Made by a program: the position numbers and the translations under genes
Part shown: piece after piece, positions 9,396-19,531 of the stretch
Layout: each line of letters begins with the position of its first letter
Numbering within the stretch: the first letter of the stretch is position 1
Assembly (NCBI GenBank): GCA_035570055.1
Contig: DATMLM010000023.1
Span: forward strand, 5,876-69,875
Direction: 5' to 3'
Length of the DNA: 64,000 nt
Origin: Gemmatimonadaceae bacterium
GTDB taxonomy: Bacteria > Gemmatimonadota > Gemmatimonadetes > Gemmatimonadales > Gemmatimonadaceae
Notes under the pieces: model-generated
The model's input: only the letters and a program-made list of their open reading frames with translations
Told to the model about the DNA's origin: nothing
The model's database searches: none

Positions 9396-11147
9396 GTGAC
9401 CGGGCGTGGCCGGTGGATCGTTGCCGCCCTGTTGTGCGGCGCGATCACCGGCGCCCGTGGGGTCGGGGGAGATCTCGATGCCGCCCGGGCCGTTTACGCG
9501 GCACAGCTGGACACCCTGCGCCTGTCGCTGGACGCGCTGTCCGTCGCCCCGGGGACCGACACCGCCCTTGTGCGCGCAGCGTTTGCGCGCGCGCGCATCG
9601 CGTACAAGCACGCCGAGTGGTGGCTCGCGTACTCCGCCCCGCCGGTCGCGGCCGCGCTCAACGCACAGGACATCGAGGGTGGCAACGACGAGGCGGACGA
9701 CTCCGATGATTCGGCGGAAGTAGCCGCCGCGGGCGTGCAGTTCGTGGACCCGGTCGGCTTCCAGGCCGTTGAGCTCCGCCTCTATCCCACCGTGCTGCCT
9801 GGCGCAACGGCGCCGGTTGGGGCCATGCTCAGCGCGGTCGATCGGCTCCGCGTGTCGACCTTCGGCACATCGTGGACGCGAGAGGCGATCCTCGAGGCCG
9901 CGCGGCAGGAGCTCGCGCGCGTCGAGGCGATCGGGCTCGCCAACGGCGACTCCCGACTCGCCCACGCCGGCCTGCACGAGAGCGCCGCCGCATTCGAGGG
10001 CCTGGAGCGGGTCGTCTCGTTGATCGGCGCACCAGCGCTCGACTCCAGCCTCGGCGCCGCTGCGCTCGCGCTCAGGTCAGCGAACGACACGACGTTCGAT
10101 CGCTTACGGTTTCTCGCGCGCGAGGCTTCAGGTGTTGCCCACGCACTCCAGCGGCCCTCGGGCGAGGCGTTCTGGCGCACCGCGTCGCTTTTCGACTCGG
10201 CAGCATTTGATGTCTGGGCGTTCGCGCCGGCCGATGCACCCCCTCCGACCCCCAGCGAGATCGCCCTCGGCCAAACCCTGTTCAACGACCCGCGACTCGG
10301 CGGAACTTCCGGCCACGCGTGCGTGACGTGCCATCAGCCCGCGCGTGCGTTCACCGACGGCCAGACCGTGCACCCGACCCGGAACACGCCGACGCTGATC
10401 AATGCCGCGCTCGAGCACGATTTGTTCGCGGACCTGCGCGCTCCGACACTCGAGGCTCAGGTGCGCGATGTGATCGCCAACCCGCGCGAGATGTCAGGCC
10501 TGCCGATCGACAGCATTGCCGCTCGGGTCCAGATCCCGGCGACCCGCATCCAGCGCGCGCTCGCCGCGTACGTACGCACGCTCGTTCGCCTCGACAGCCG
10601 CTTCGACCGCGCGGTCCGCGGCGACTCGACGGCGCTCTCCGCCACGGAGCGACGGGGATTCAACGTGTTCATGGCAAAGGGCCAATGTGGCTTCTGTCAC
10701 ATGCTGCCCCTCTTCAACGGCATGGCCCCGCCCAACTTCGACCGCAGCGAGGTCGAGGTCCTCGGCGTTCCGCGCACCGCTGATACCGTGCACGCCTCTC
10801 CCGACCTCGATCCGGGGCGCTACGCCATCAGCCACGATGGCCGCGATCTCCACGCGTTCCGTGTGCCATCGCTGCGCAATGTCGCGGTGACGGCGCCCTA
10901 CATGCACAACGGTGTGTATCGCACGCTCGACCAGGTCATCGACTTTTACAATCGCGGCGGTGGCGAAGGCATCGGCGCACGTTTGGCGAACCAGACACTC
11001 TCGGTTCGCCGTCTCGATTTGAGCGCCGCCGACAGACGTGCGCTCGTCGCGTTTCTCGGCGCCCTCACCGACACTAGTGGAACAGTCGCCACCACCAGTC
11101 GAACGCCGGCACCGTCACCGGCACCCGCACCATCGGGTCACCGCTGA
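9396..11147 (+). CDS. di-heme cytochrome c peroxidase (CCP/MauG family)
   Basis: Two CxxCH heme motifs (CVTCHQPARAF and CGFCHMLPLFNG) and the conserved region RVPSLRNVAVTAPYMHNG. A likely GTG start (VTGRGRWIVAALLCG) gives a signal peptide. Confidence 0.8.
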   Translation: MTGRGRWIVAALLCGAITGARGVGGDLDAARAVYAAQLDTLRLSLDALSVAPGTDTALVRAAFARARIAYKHAEWWLAYSAPPVAAALNAQDIEGGNDEADDSDDSAEVAAAGVQFVDPVGFQAVELRLYPTVLPGATAPVGAMLSAVDRLRVSTFGTSWTREAILEAARQELARVEAIGLANGDSRLAHAGLHESAAAFEGLERVVSLIGAPALDSSLGAAALALRSANDTTFDRLRFLAREASGVAHALQRPSGEAFWRTASLFDSAAFDVWAFAPADAPPPTPSEIALGQTLFNDPRLGGTSGHACVTCHQPARAFTDGQTVHPTRNTPTLINAALEHDLFADLRAPTLEAQVRDVIANPREMSGLPIDSIAARVQIPATRIQRALAAYVRTLVRLDSRFDRAVRGDSTALSATERRGFNVFMAKGQCGFCHMLPLFNGMAPPNFDRSEVEVLGVPRTADTVHASPDLDPGRYAISHDGRDLHAFRVPSLRNVAVTAPYMHNGVYRTLDQVIDFYNRGGGEGIGARLANQTLSVRRLDLSAADRRALVAFLGALTDTSGTVATTSRTPAPSPAPAPSGHR

Positions 11148-13896
11148 TCGTAAACGCGGCCCACTCTCGCGGCGGCGCCCCGCGATCCAGTGCCGCGACT
11201 TCGGCGAGTCTCAGCGCGTCGCCTGCCGGGTGCCCGTCGGCCATGGCGCGATAGAAGTCGTGCACGAGCCTCACCGTCTGCTGATCGCCGATCTCCCAGT
11301 ATGACGCGACGACCGCGTGCGCTCCGGCGGCAAGCAGCGGCGCGGTAAGCCCGCGCACGCCCTCGCCGGCGATGATGCGCCCGCCGGCGGTTCGGCATGC
11401 GGAGAGCATCACGAGGTCAGCCTTGAGGTGCAGTGCCGCCAGGTCGGTCGGCGTCACGAACCCGCTCTCGCCGGATCCCGGCGCGAGCGCCAGCGCGGTG
11501 CGCGTCGCGGCGCGGTCATCGACGACCGCGTGTGTCGCGAGATGAATCACGCGAAACTTGTCGAGCGCGGTGTGCTTGAAGAACCAGGCGCTGGCGCTAT
11601 CGCGCAGTCGCACGATGCTCCGCGCGCCGAACCGCCCCACGAGCTCGGCCTCGGCCGCCGATCCTCTGAGCCGCGGCAGTCCGCCAGTCTCATCGAACGC
11701 CGATCGAAGCGTCTCCGTCTCGGCGTCGCCTGATTTCTCTTTCGCGAACTTGGGATCGCCGAGGGCCAGGACCGTGGCCGAGGTGTGGTGGTCCTGGCGG
11801 CGCCCCCACAACCACGCCTGCACGGCCGCCGACGGTGCCAGCGCGGTCGCGTACGTCTGCACGAGATACCGGCCATTCACGCGCAGTGCGCCGAATGGCA
11901 CGTGGTGCACGACGCCATCCGGCACGATCACGAGCCGCGTGATGCCGGCGGGGAGATCCGCGAGCGCCGGAGTAACGAGCGCCGAGCCCAAAGCGTCAGC
12001 GGGAGCGTTCGTCGTGATACCACTTTCGACGAATGCCACGAGTCGACTGACGTTGGCGGCCAGGCTATCGTTTGGTGGCAGCACGTACGCTCGCGCACGC
12101 TGTCGCGTGACGACGAACAGCGTCGTCGGCGCATCGGCGGGTCCGGTGACGTACTCGAAGAGCGCGGTTGCGTCGTCCGGCAGTGCGTGCTGGATCGTCT
12201 CGAGGACGTTGGCGGGAGCCGCGGCGGTTCGAGCGAACGATCTGTTTTGCACGAGGTGGTCGGAGAGATCCCGTGCCCGACGCCGCTCGGCCAGCTCGAA
12301 TGCCGGGCCTATGCGTCCGGTGTGCGCGACGGCCGCAATGACCTTGGCGACGCCGGGGTCGGGGCCGCCGATGAGTGAATGGAACTGGAACGCGAGCACC
12401 CGGGCTTCGCGGTCGTCGAGCGTCGCGCGCCATTGGTCGAACGCATCACTCGCGGCGGTGAGCTCCCGTTCCGCACGTGTGGTATCGCCGAGCTGGAGGT
12501 GGATCTCGGCGAGAAAGGCGCCGATCTCGTATCGGTCGCGGTGTTGGGTCGAATCGATCGCGCGCGACGCGATCACCATCCGACGCTCGGCGTCGCGCCA
12601 TTGCCCGGACCGCACGGCCAGCACGGCGCGATCGAAATCCTCGGTCGAGGCCCATCCCTGGAGGCGGCCATGCTGGATGGTGATGTGCTCGGCGTCGAGC
12701 CATCGACCGGCCTCGTCCCATCGCTCCTCGTGCATCGCGACATCGGCCAGCCACGCCTGCGCGTCGGCCACGTAGTTCGGATCCTTGATGCTGGTCGCGA
12801 GCTGATATTCGGACGCGAATGCCTGGCGTGCCGCGGCCGTATCGTCGCCGGCGAGGGCGACTTGTCCCACAGTCGTTATCGCGTTGAGCCGACCGATCAC
12901 GTCGCCGACCTGTGAGAAAACAGTCGCGGCGCTATCGGATGCGCGTGCCGCGGCCGTGATATCGCCGAGACCGAGATACACCGTCCCTTGGGTCATTCGC
13001 GCATACGCAATGACGTCGAGGCTGTGGGCGCGCTGGCCGTCGGCGATCGCCATGCGGGCCGAGCGCAGCGCGGCGCCGTAGTCGCCGATCGATTGCTCAC
13101 AGTATGCGCGGTGCTGGCGCACGCGGGCGCGATTGGTGAGATCGCCGGGAGCGAGCACCTGTCGCTCGAGTGTGTCGAAGACCGCTATCGCGCCGGCCAT
13201 GTCGCCGAAGCGTTCGAGCCCGGTGCCGAGGACGAACCAGCAGAAGCCCTCGATATCCGGCTCACCGGCTGCCTTGGCGAGTGCGGCGCCGCGGTGCAGC
13301 GTCGGCGCCGGGTCGGTGCCGCGCGGGAGCAGGCCGAGCGCGACGCGTGTGCACTGATAGTTCGCTTGGAGACCATCGTCTCCGTGCGGGATGAGCGCTT
13401 CGGCGCCGGTGAGGAGTGCCGCCCCCTCGGCGGCTGATCGACTATGCGCTCGCATCACGGCCCAGCCGAGCAGCGCTTCGACGAGCGCCGCGGAGTCTTT
13501 GGCGGCGCGCGCGGCGGTGGCGGCTTTGCTGTACGCGGTATCCGCGGGTCCAGGCGCGCTTTCCGCGAACTGCACTTGGGCCAGCCCGAGTTGGGCGTAC
13601 ACGCTCACCGCGTCGCGCGGTTGCAGCAGCGAAGCGTACCGGCGGTCGGCCTCGTCGTACCGCGCGTTGAGCCACGCGAGCGACGCGAGGCCGAGCGCGG
13701 CCAGTCGGTCAGAGGAATCCCGCGCGAGAGAACGAGTCCATTGTTGGGCGAGCGCCGCGGAGCTGTCGACTTCGTACGCGTGCCGCGCCTGGCGGACAGC
13801 GCTCCGTGCTTGCGCGGCAGTCTGCGCCCCACCGGTCGCGACTATCACTGCCGTCGCGACCGCCACGTGCAGGATCCTGCACGCGCATCGCCGCAT
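11074..13896 (-). CDS. secreted TPR-repeat protein with a C-terminal CHAT (caspase-like) protease domain
   Basis: 940 aa with a signal peptide (MRRCACRILHVAVATAVIVATGGAQTAAQA) and ~600 aa of TPR-like helical repeats. The C-terminal block carries a His motif (VIHLATHAVV) and a Cys motif (LVMLSACRTAGG), as in CHAT/caspase-HetF proteases. Confidence 0.75.
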   Translation of the reverse strand: MRRCACRILHVAVATAVIVATGGAQTAAQARSAVRQARHAYEVDSSAALAQQWTRSLARDSSDRLAALGLASLAWLNARYDEADRRYASLLQPRDAVSVYAQLGLAQVQFAESAPGPADTAYSKAATAARAAKDSAALVEALLGWAVMRAHSRSAAEGAALLTGAEALIPHGDDGLQANYQCTRVALGLLPRGTDPAPTLHRGAALAKAAGEPDIEGFCWFVLGTGLERFGDMAGAIAVFDTLERQVLAPGDLTNRARVRQHRAYCEQSIGDYGAALRSARMAIADGQRAHSLDVIAYARMTQGTVYLGLGDITAAARASDSAATVFSQVGDVIGRLNAITTVGQVALAGDDTAAARQAFASEYQLATSIKDPNYVADAQAWLADVAMHEERWDEAGRWLDAEHITIQHGRLQGWASTEDFDRAVLAVRSGQWRDAERRMVIASRAIDSTQHRDRYEIGAFLAEIHLQLGDTTRAERELTAASDAFDQWRATLDDREARVLAFQFHSLIGGPDPGVAKVIAAVAHTGRIGPAFELAERRRARDLSDHLVQNRSFARTAAAPANVLETIQHALPDDATALFEYVTGPADAPTTLFVVTRQRARAYVLPPNDSLAANVSRLVAFVESGITTNAPADALGSALVTPALADLPAGITRLVIVPDGVVHHVPFGALRVNGRYLVQTYATALAPSAAVQAWLWGRRQDHHTSATVLALGDPKFAKEKSGDAETETLRSAFDETGGLPRLRGSAAEAELVGRFGARSIVRLRDSASAWFFKHTALDKFRVIHLATHAVVDDRAATRTALALAPGSGESGFVTPTDLAALHLKADLVMLSACRTAGGRIIAGEGVRGLTAPLLAAGAHAVVASYWEIGDQQTVRLVHDFYRAMADGHPAGDALRLAEVAALDRGAPPREWAAFTISGDPMVRVPVTVPAFDWWWRLFH

Positions 13897-13898
13897 GC

Positions 13899-14795
13899 TC
13901 AGCGCCAGACTTCGACCACGTTCGTCTGTCCGCTCCCGGCTTTTGGTCCGCCACCGATCGCATAGATCTTATCGTCGACCGCGACGACCGCCAGCCCATG
14001 CCGCGCCGTCGGCATTGGTTCCGCGTCGCTCCACGTGTCGTGCGCGGGGTCGTACACCTCGTGATTCGCGAAGACGGAGTTTCGGGTCTCGCCGCCGAAG
14101 GTATGAATCTTCCCGGCAATGACGGCCGAGCCGAGTCCGCCGCGCTTACTCGGCATGCTCGCTTTCTTGGTCCACTGATTCGTCGCCAGGTCGTAGGCCT
14201 CGACGACATCATAGTTCTTGGCCGGGTCGAGCGGTCGGCCGCCGATGGCGTACAGGACGCCGTGGACCACGTCTGCCGTGAGGTGATCTCTGACGGTTGG
14301 AATCGGTGCGCGATTCGTCCAGCGATTCGTCGCGGGATCGTAGACCGTGATGGAGTCGAGCAGCTTGTACTTGGTCCCGAAGCCGCCGACGACGACAATC
14401 TTGCCGTCGACCACCCCAGCAGCCGACGCGCCCCGCGGCTTCGGCAAGGGCGCTCGCTCTTCCCACCGATTCCGGTCGACGCGATACATCCACATGGTCG
14501 CGACGGCTTCGAACGCCGAGTCGCCTTGCAGCCCGCCAACGGCGTACAGCGTGTCATTCAGCACGATGAGCGGCATGTGATGGCGCGACGCCGGCAGGTC
14601 CGCGATTCGCTCCCAGGTGTCGTGGCTCGGGTCATACCGATATGCCCGATTGGTCTGCACGTCGGTCGAGTCGAATCCGCCGGCGATGTAGATCTTTCCG
14701 TCGAGAAGCGCTCCGTGCTCCTCCTGTATCTTCTCCGGGATCGGGGCCGCGGTCGACCAGGCGCCGAGCAGCGTGAGCAGCAGTAATCGCTTCAT
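13899..14795 (-). CDS. Kelch-repeat beta-propeller protein (secreted)
   Basis: Signal peptide MKRLLLLTLLGAWSTAAP followed by six repeats of the Kelch pattern (..GKIYIAGG.., ..LYAVGG.., ..KIVVVGG.., ..LYAIGG.., ..KIHTFGG.., ..KIYAIGG..). Its stop lies 2 nt before the start of the CHAT gene, so the two form an operon. Confidence 0.75.
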   Translation of the reverse strand: MKRLLLLTLLGAWSTAAPIPEKIQEEHGALLDGKIYIAGGFDSTDVQTNRAYRYDPSHDTWERIADLPASRHHMPLIVLNDTLYAVGGLQGDSAFEAVATMWMYRVDRNRWEERAPLPKPRGASAAGVVDGKIVVVGGFGTKYKLLDSITVYDPATNRWTNRAPIPTVRDHLTADVVHGVLYAIGGRPLDPAKNYDVVEAYDLATNQWTKKASMPSKRGGLGSAVIAGKIHTFGGETRNSVFANHEVYDPAHDTWSDAEPMPTARHGLAVVAVDDKIYAIGGGPKAGSGQTNVVEVWR

Positions 14796-14809
14796 GGTGC
14801 ACACAGTGT

Positions 14810-16750
14810 GTGATGGGCTCACGCCAGGTTCAAGTTGCGCGTCAGGGATTTGACAGCGAATTGTTGACGCCACGTGTGCAGGACGTAGTTTGGGGGCCTA
14901 CGCCAATACTAAACGGACGATTCCGAGCCGCCTGCGCGGCAACCCTTGCGCTCATCGCAGTGCCGTTTGACCTCGGGGCGCAAGTTGTGAGCGGCACTGT
15001 ACTTTCGGCCGCGGACGGCCAACCTGTGCCGTACAGCACGATCAGCCTCGGGGACACGGCTGAGGGGCGGTTCGCCGATGTCGCCGGCCGGTTCGCCCTC
15101 GGCGCCCCGGCCACTGGCACCTATCGCCTCCGAGCCCAGCAGATAGGATTTCTGGCGCTGGATACGACGCTGAGCGCCGGCACCGGATCTCAGCACCTCG
15201 AGCTGCGACTCCAACCTCTCCCCGTTCGTCTCGCGAACGTCCCGGCCGAATCCCAGCACGGGTGCGCGGCGCCGAAGTTGGCCGGGTCGGGCGCTTCGCC
15301 CGCGGCCGCGATGATACTGGCGCAGGTGCGACAGAACGCCGAGCGGTACCGGATTCTTCTCGATCAGTACCCGTTCAATTACCGGTTGGAGGAAAGCCGG
15401 GCGGTTCTCCTCAACGTCCACACCAGGGACGAGACGGACAGCGTGATCGCGCTCGACACGGCAATGTATGACAGCCGGCAGCGGCATCAGTATGCCATCG
15501 GCGGAGTCGTCTACGAGCAGCGATCGGTGAGCGGTGGGAAGCACATGATGATGTTCATCCCGACGCTGAGCGATCTCGCCGATCCGGCGTTTGCGGACGC
15601 GCATTGCTTCGCGTATGCGGGCGATGCGGTCCACGAGTTGCGCATCGACTTTCGTCCAGCGGACGCGATCAAGGCGCCTGATGTCACCGGATCGGTCTAC
15701 CTCGACGATGCGCGGTACGTCGTCAAGCGCGCGGTCTTCAATTTGACGCACGCGGGCGCCATTGGCGGGGCGGCGGCGTATGTCAAAGTGACGACGACCT
15801 TCCGCGAGGTGGTGCCGTTCGTTCCGATGCTCGTCTCGGCGCGCACGGAGCAGCCGCTCGGGATCGTCACCTCTGGTGGTCTGCAATCGATGGGGTCTCT
15901 CGCGGCGGAAGGCGCCAAGAATCCCGGTGGATTCTCGGGCTTCTCGCCCTACTCGGATCAGCGGGTGTCCGTGCAGCAGGATCTCCTGCTCGACCACACG
16001 TTCATCGCCGACACGATTGGCTCCCAAGGTCAGGCGCACGCGCCTGGTCGAAGCGCGGGGTATGTCGTCACCGTCGCCTGCGCCATGCCCCCGTCCTTTG
16101 AGACGGCCGACGTACTCATTTACGGCACGCTCGGCGGCCCCGGTGCGTCGGACGCTCACGCCAGCGATGTGTTGGCGAAGGTCCGGCCGTTGTTCCACAT
16201 GCCGAATGAATTCGCGCTTCCCGTGTATGGTTACTCTGTCGGTTCCAAGGCTACGCAGACGTTGACCGCCCAGGTGGCGTTCATGCTCGACGCCACTGGA
16301 CACGCGACGGGTATTGCGGTGACGGCGACGTCGCTTTCGCCGTCGATCGACAGCAGCGTTGTCGACGCGATCCGCGGCGCCGATGCGGCGCACGCGTTCC
16401 GCGGGCTCAGGGCGGGGCGGTACACGTTGTCTCTCTCATCAGCCGCGCCATCGCCCGATGCGCCAGCCTCGATCCTCTTCGCGCGCCTTGCGGCCTCGGT
16501 CATGAATCTCGCCCGCACCGCGGAGCTCGATCCGGACTCGACACAACCGCGCTTGTCCGTGACTGGCCGGTTCGAGTTTGTTGTCGACGAACAAGGCCAC
16601 GCCATTCCCATGACGCTCTTCACGGCCGCGGCTTCGCCGGACGCCCTTGCCTCTGCAGCTCGAGTATTGCCTGCCTTCCGGTTCCGTCCAGCGCTCGCGG
16701 GCTCGTGCCCGGTCAAGCAGGAGGTCATGCTCACCGGGCTGCGCCAATAA
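14810..16750 (+). CDS. hypothetical secreted protein with an N-terminal carboxypeptidase-regulatory-like domain
   Basis: VVSGTVLSAADGQPVPYSTISLGDTAEGRFADVAGRFALGAPATGTYRLRAQQIGFLALDT fits a CarbopepD_reg fold. The start codon is uncertain. The large antisense ORF (14909..16393) is a GC artefact. Confidence 0.5.
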   Translation: MMGSRQVQVARQGFDSELLTPRVQDVVWGPTPILNGRFRAACAATLALIAVPFDLGAQVVSGTVLSAADGQPVPYSTISLGDTAEGRFADVAGRFALGAPATGTYRLRAQQIGFLALDTTLSAGTGSQHLELRLQPLPVRLANVPAESQHGCAAPKLAGSGASPAAAMILAQVRQNAERYRILLDQYPFNYRLEESRAVLLNVHTRDETDSVIALDTAMYDSRQRHQYAIGGVVYEQRSVSGGKHMMMFIPTLSDLADPAFADAHCFAYAGDAVHELRIDFRPADAIKAPDVTGSVYLDDARYVVKRAVFNLTHAGAIGGAAAYVKVTTTFREVVPFVPMLVSARTEQPLGIVTSGGLQSMGSLAAEGAKNPGGFSGFSPYSDQRVSVQQDLLLDHTFIADTIGSQGQAHAPGRSAGYVVTVACAMPPSFETADVLIYGTLGGPGASDAHASDVLAKVRPLFHMPNEFALPVYGYSVGSKATQTLTAQVAFMLDATGHATGIAVTATSLSPSIDSSVVDAIRGADAAHAFRGLRAGRYTLSLSSAAPSPDAPASILFARLAASVMNLARTAELDPDSTQPRLSVTGRFEFVVDEQGHAIPMTLFTAAASPDALASAARVLPAFRFRPALAGSCPVKQEVMLTGLRQ

Positions 16751-16755
16751 CCCCG

Positions 16756-17103
16756 TTGGCGCGGCTCCGCGCGATCTGCCTCAAGCTTCCCGAGGCGCAC
16801 GAGGTCAAGGCGTGGGGCGAGCCCACGTTTCGGGTGCGCAACAAGATCTTCGCGATGTACGCGTCGGCGAAGACCCATCACGGTGGCGGGCACCCGGCGG
16901 TCTGGTGCAAGGGCTCGCACATGGACCAGGAGTATCTGGTCGGCTCGAACCCGCGCCGGTTTTTCGTGCCGCCGTACGTCGGCCCCTATGGTTGGATCGG
17001 TGTTCGCCTCGATGGGAGGCCGAACTGGAAGGTCGTCACCGAGCTTTTGCGCACGGCCCACAAGCGAGCGGCGCCCAAGAAGCTCGCGGCGACGCTCCGC
17101 TAG
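16756..17103 (+). CDS. MmcQ/YjbR family DNA-binding protein
   Basis: ARLRAICLKLPEAHEVKAWGEPTFRVRNKIFAMYA ... VWCKG matches MmcQ/YjbR family motifs. A probable TTG start lies just after the upstream stop. Confidence 0.55.
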   Translation: MARLRAICLKLPEAHEVKAWGEPTFRVRNKIFAMYASAKTHHGGGHPAVWCKGSHMDQEYLVGSNPRRFFVPPYVGPYGWIGVRLDGRPNWKVVTELLRTAHKRAAPKKLAATLR

Positions 17104-17900
17104 AACGGGATCTCGTACAGGACGCGAAGCGTCTTGAGGTCGGCGTCGCTCAACTGCCACTTCTTGCCGTTCCCGGCGCTCGACATGATGTCGTCCGGGT
17201 TTGGCGAGTGGTCGAGACCGAGGGCATGACCTGCTTCGTGCAGGGCGGCGTTCTGGATACCCTCGATGGGAGCCGTGGACAGCAGCAGCACGTGCGCGAC
17301 GAGGATGCGGCCATCATTGTCGGTGAGCCGAAACGTGGTGCCGAGCTCCCCTTGGAAGGGAAGCGTCTGAGCCCACGTGACGTGTACGTCGGCCGCGGTC
17401 GAGTCGTCGACAATCACGTAGGTCACTGGAGCCTGGGCCTCGTTCCACCGGCGAAACGAGGTCCGCACAACCGACGCGTATGGATGCGCTGCGATCCAGA
17501 CGGCGACCGTATCCTTGTGGTCGGGCCAGCGCGAGATGCTGCCCGCGCCTTCGGCGATCACGCGGCGGATGTAGGTCCCGCCGGCATCCTCATCGAGGAT
17601 GGAGTCGATCCGATCTCTAGACGCTGCCGCCGGCGCGCTGTCGGTGGCGATCTGCTGCTGGGCCGCCAGCCGTAGCCGGTCGAGGTGCAGCTCGCGCAGC
17701 CAGGCCGGTGGCCCCGGATACTGGTTGCCCATGGACTGGACTTGGTTCTCGTACGCCCTGACCACTAACTCGCTGTCCGCGTGCGTCAGCTGCACCAGCG
17801 GGTGCTTCGCCGCCGCGCGCCGGTGGTTCCGTAGCGCCGCCGCGGCCACCACCAGTACGACCATCAGCACGGACACTCGAACGGCCTTCGCGACGGGCAT
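17100..17900 (-). CDS. M10 family zinc metalloprotease (matrixin/metzincin-like)
   Basis: Metzincin motif HEAGHALGLDHS (HExxHxxGxxH). Signal/anchor MPVAKAVRVSVLMVVLVVAAAAL. Confidence 0.75.
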   Translation of the reverse strand: MPVAKAVRVSVLMVVLVVAAAALRNHRRAAAKHPLVQLTHADSELVVRAYENQVQSMGNQYPGPPAWLRELHLDRLRLAAQQQIATDSAPAAASRDRIDSILDEDAGGTYIRRVIAEGAGSISRWPDHKDTVAVWIAAHPYASVVRTSFRRWNEAQAPVTYVIVDDSTAADVHVTWAQTLPFQGELGTTFRLTDNDGRILVAHVLLLSTAPIEGIQNAALHEAGHALGLDHSPNPDDIMSSAGNGKKWQLSDADLKTLRVLYEIPF

Positions 17901-17919
17901 CGTGAGGAGACGCGCGCGC

Positions 17920-17975
17920 GTGGCGCTCAGCAACGTTACTTGTTCAAGTGGCTCCGTAGAAATAACTTACGGGCT
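17920..17975. repeat. copy A of a repeated ~55-bp intergenic element (GTGGCGCTCAGCAACG + TTACTTGTTCAAGTGGCTCCGTAGAAATAACTTACGGGCT)
   Basis: The same element recurs at ~21074-21154 (copy B, upstream of a tRNA-Cys 5' half) and at ~23132-23170 (copy C, upstream of the intact tRNA-Cys). It is probably the tRNA-Cys promoter region. Confidence 0.6.
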
Positions 17976-18674
17976 CTTATGCGCGCCATTCGCTGTCTGC
18001 CGATGCTAGGAATGTTTATCACGGCGTGCAGTCACGACGCGACGGCTCCTCGGCCTTTGCCATCCGCGGCGGCGGTTGCACGCCGGCTCGACAGTCTCTA
18101 CGCACAGGCACTGGCCGCGCAGAATACCGAGGCGTACGACGTGCTTCGGTTTGCGGAGCTCGGCCCGGCATTCGGTGCGGCACCGGTCGCGGTCAGCGTC
18201 ACATACAACGGCAAGCCGGAACCGTGGATTGCGTTCGGCGCGGACCTCGTGGGTCAGGACACCTTGGGCAACAGAACGGACATCTATTTCGTCGTCGCGT
18301 CGCCCGATGCGAGCTTCGACACGATGGTGGTCGCTGAGCAATCTGACGGATTCCCTCCGCCCCCAGCTCAGACGACGGGCTATCTGTCCGTGGGCGGGGG
18401 AGAGGCATTGCCGTGGCCGGGAGTAGGGCCGGTGACAGCGAGCACACAGCAGCTTGGCGGCCCCTGCAACTTGGTCCCCGGTTTGGTTGGCTCCGATGTC
18501 ACCAAGTACAGCACTGATCCTTGTCGGTTGATGCAGATCCAAGCGAGTATGGCGCTGCGAATCGCGACGTTCGACTCCACCGATTCGGTGAGGATGCAAG
18601 TGACGGTGAACGGTGCAAGCCTGACCATCGGGCAGGACGAGGTGAATAGCGGTCAACGCATTTCGTGGCCGTAA
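17940..18674 (+). CDS. hypothetical lipoprotein
   Basis: Lipobox-like MLGMFITAC. Gly/Pro-rich with no recognisable domain. The start could be 17940 or 17979. Confidence 0.5.
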   Translation: MFKWLRRNNLRALMRAIRCLPMLGMFITACSHDATAPRPLPSAAAVARRLDSLYAQALAAQNTEAYDVLRFAELGPAFGAAPVAVSVTYNGKPEPWIAFGADLVGQDTLGNRTDIYFVVASPDASFDTMVVAEQSDGFPPPPAQTTGYLSVGGGEALPWPGVGPVTASTQQLGGPCNLVPGLVGSDVTKYSTDPCRLMQIQASMALRIATFDSTDSVRMQVTVNGASLTIGQDEVNSGQRISWP

Positions 18675-18688
18675 AGGTGCGGCCTACT

Positions 18689-19531
18689 ATGTCACGCCTC
18701 TTCGTGGTGTCGATCATCGCGTGCGGCACACTCGCCGGCGCCGAGGCGTCCGCGCAGGATTGCCACGGTGCGCCAGCGGCCGATTCCCAACTGGCCGCAA
18801 TCAACGCGCAGTTCTCGACGCCCGACGCTCGTGACAGTCTCACCACCGACGCGACTGACTCTCTTGGCGCGGCCATCAAGGCGGTGCTCAGGTTGCCGAG
18901 TCCTGTTCCGATTCCGGTGTGGATGTCAACGCCGGGGCTGGCGATCCCGTACGTCCACGGCGCCTTCGCGTTCACGATCGAGAAAGATGGGAAGGTCGGA
19001 AGCATCAAGGTCGAGCGGTCGACGCTCTCGCGCGGCCTGGACTCCGCGTTTACTAACGCGCTGGCTGCGGTGCCACCACAGATGCTCGGCCGCAAGGTCA
19101 AGCTCACGATGCTCGTGAGCCTCAACACGCACACGTCGCCGCCAGTCATGAGACAGATCACCACGCCGGGCGGCCATACGTACGATGCGGCGCATCCGCC
19201 GCCGGATAGCCTCAAGGTCGTGCCAGGCAAGCACTATGGCCCGCACACGATCAACTTGGATTCGCTCACTGTGCCGGTCTGGCCACAGCTGCCGCCGCCC
19301 AAGCTGGTCCGCCCAGGCACCGCGCCGCGCGGCTATCAGGGCATGGTCAACGCGATGGTCGTGATCGACGAGGAGGGGCGCGTGGCGAGCGTTGACGTCA
19401 TGAGCGCCAAGCAGGCGGACATGCTGGGCCCTACACGCGCGGCGCTCGCCGACATGCGAATGTCGCCGTCCTCCCTCGGCGGGTGCCCGGTGAAATTCGC
19501 GATCGTGGTCCCCGTCGTGTTCGGCGGCTGA
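18689..19531 (+). CDS. secreted protein with TonB C-terminal-like domain(s)
   Basis: Signal MSRLFVVSIIACGTLAGAEASAQD. The C-terminal GYQGMVNAMVVIDEEGRVASVDVMSAKQADMLGPTRAALADMRMSP...CPVKFAIVVPVVF resembles the TonB_C fold. An earlier segment (PVWMSTPGLAIPYVHGAFAFTIEKDGKVGSIKV) looks like a second such unit. Confidence 0.5.
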   Translation: MSRLFVVSIIACGTLAGAEASAQDCHGAPAADSQLAAINAQFSTPDARDSLTTDATDSLGAAIKAVLRLPSPVPIPVWMSTPGLAIPYVHGAFAFTIEKDGKVGSIKVERSTLSRGLDSAFTNALAAVPPQMLGRKVKLTMLVSLNTHTSPPVMRQITTPGGHTYDAAHPPPDSLKVVPGKHYGPHTINLDSLTVPVWPQLPPPKLVRPGTAPRGYQGMVNAMVVIDEEGRVASVDVMSAKQADMLGPTRAALADMRMSPSSLGGCPVKFAIVVPVVFGG

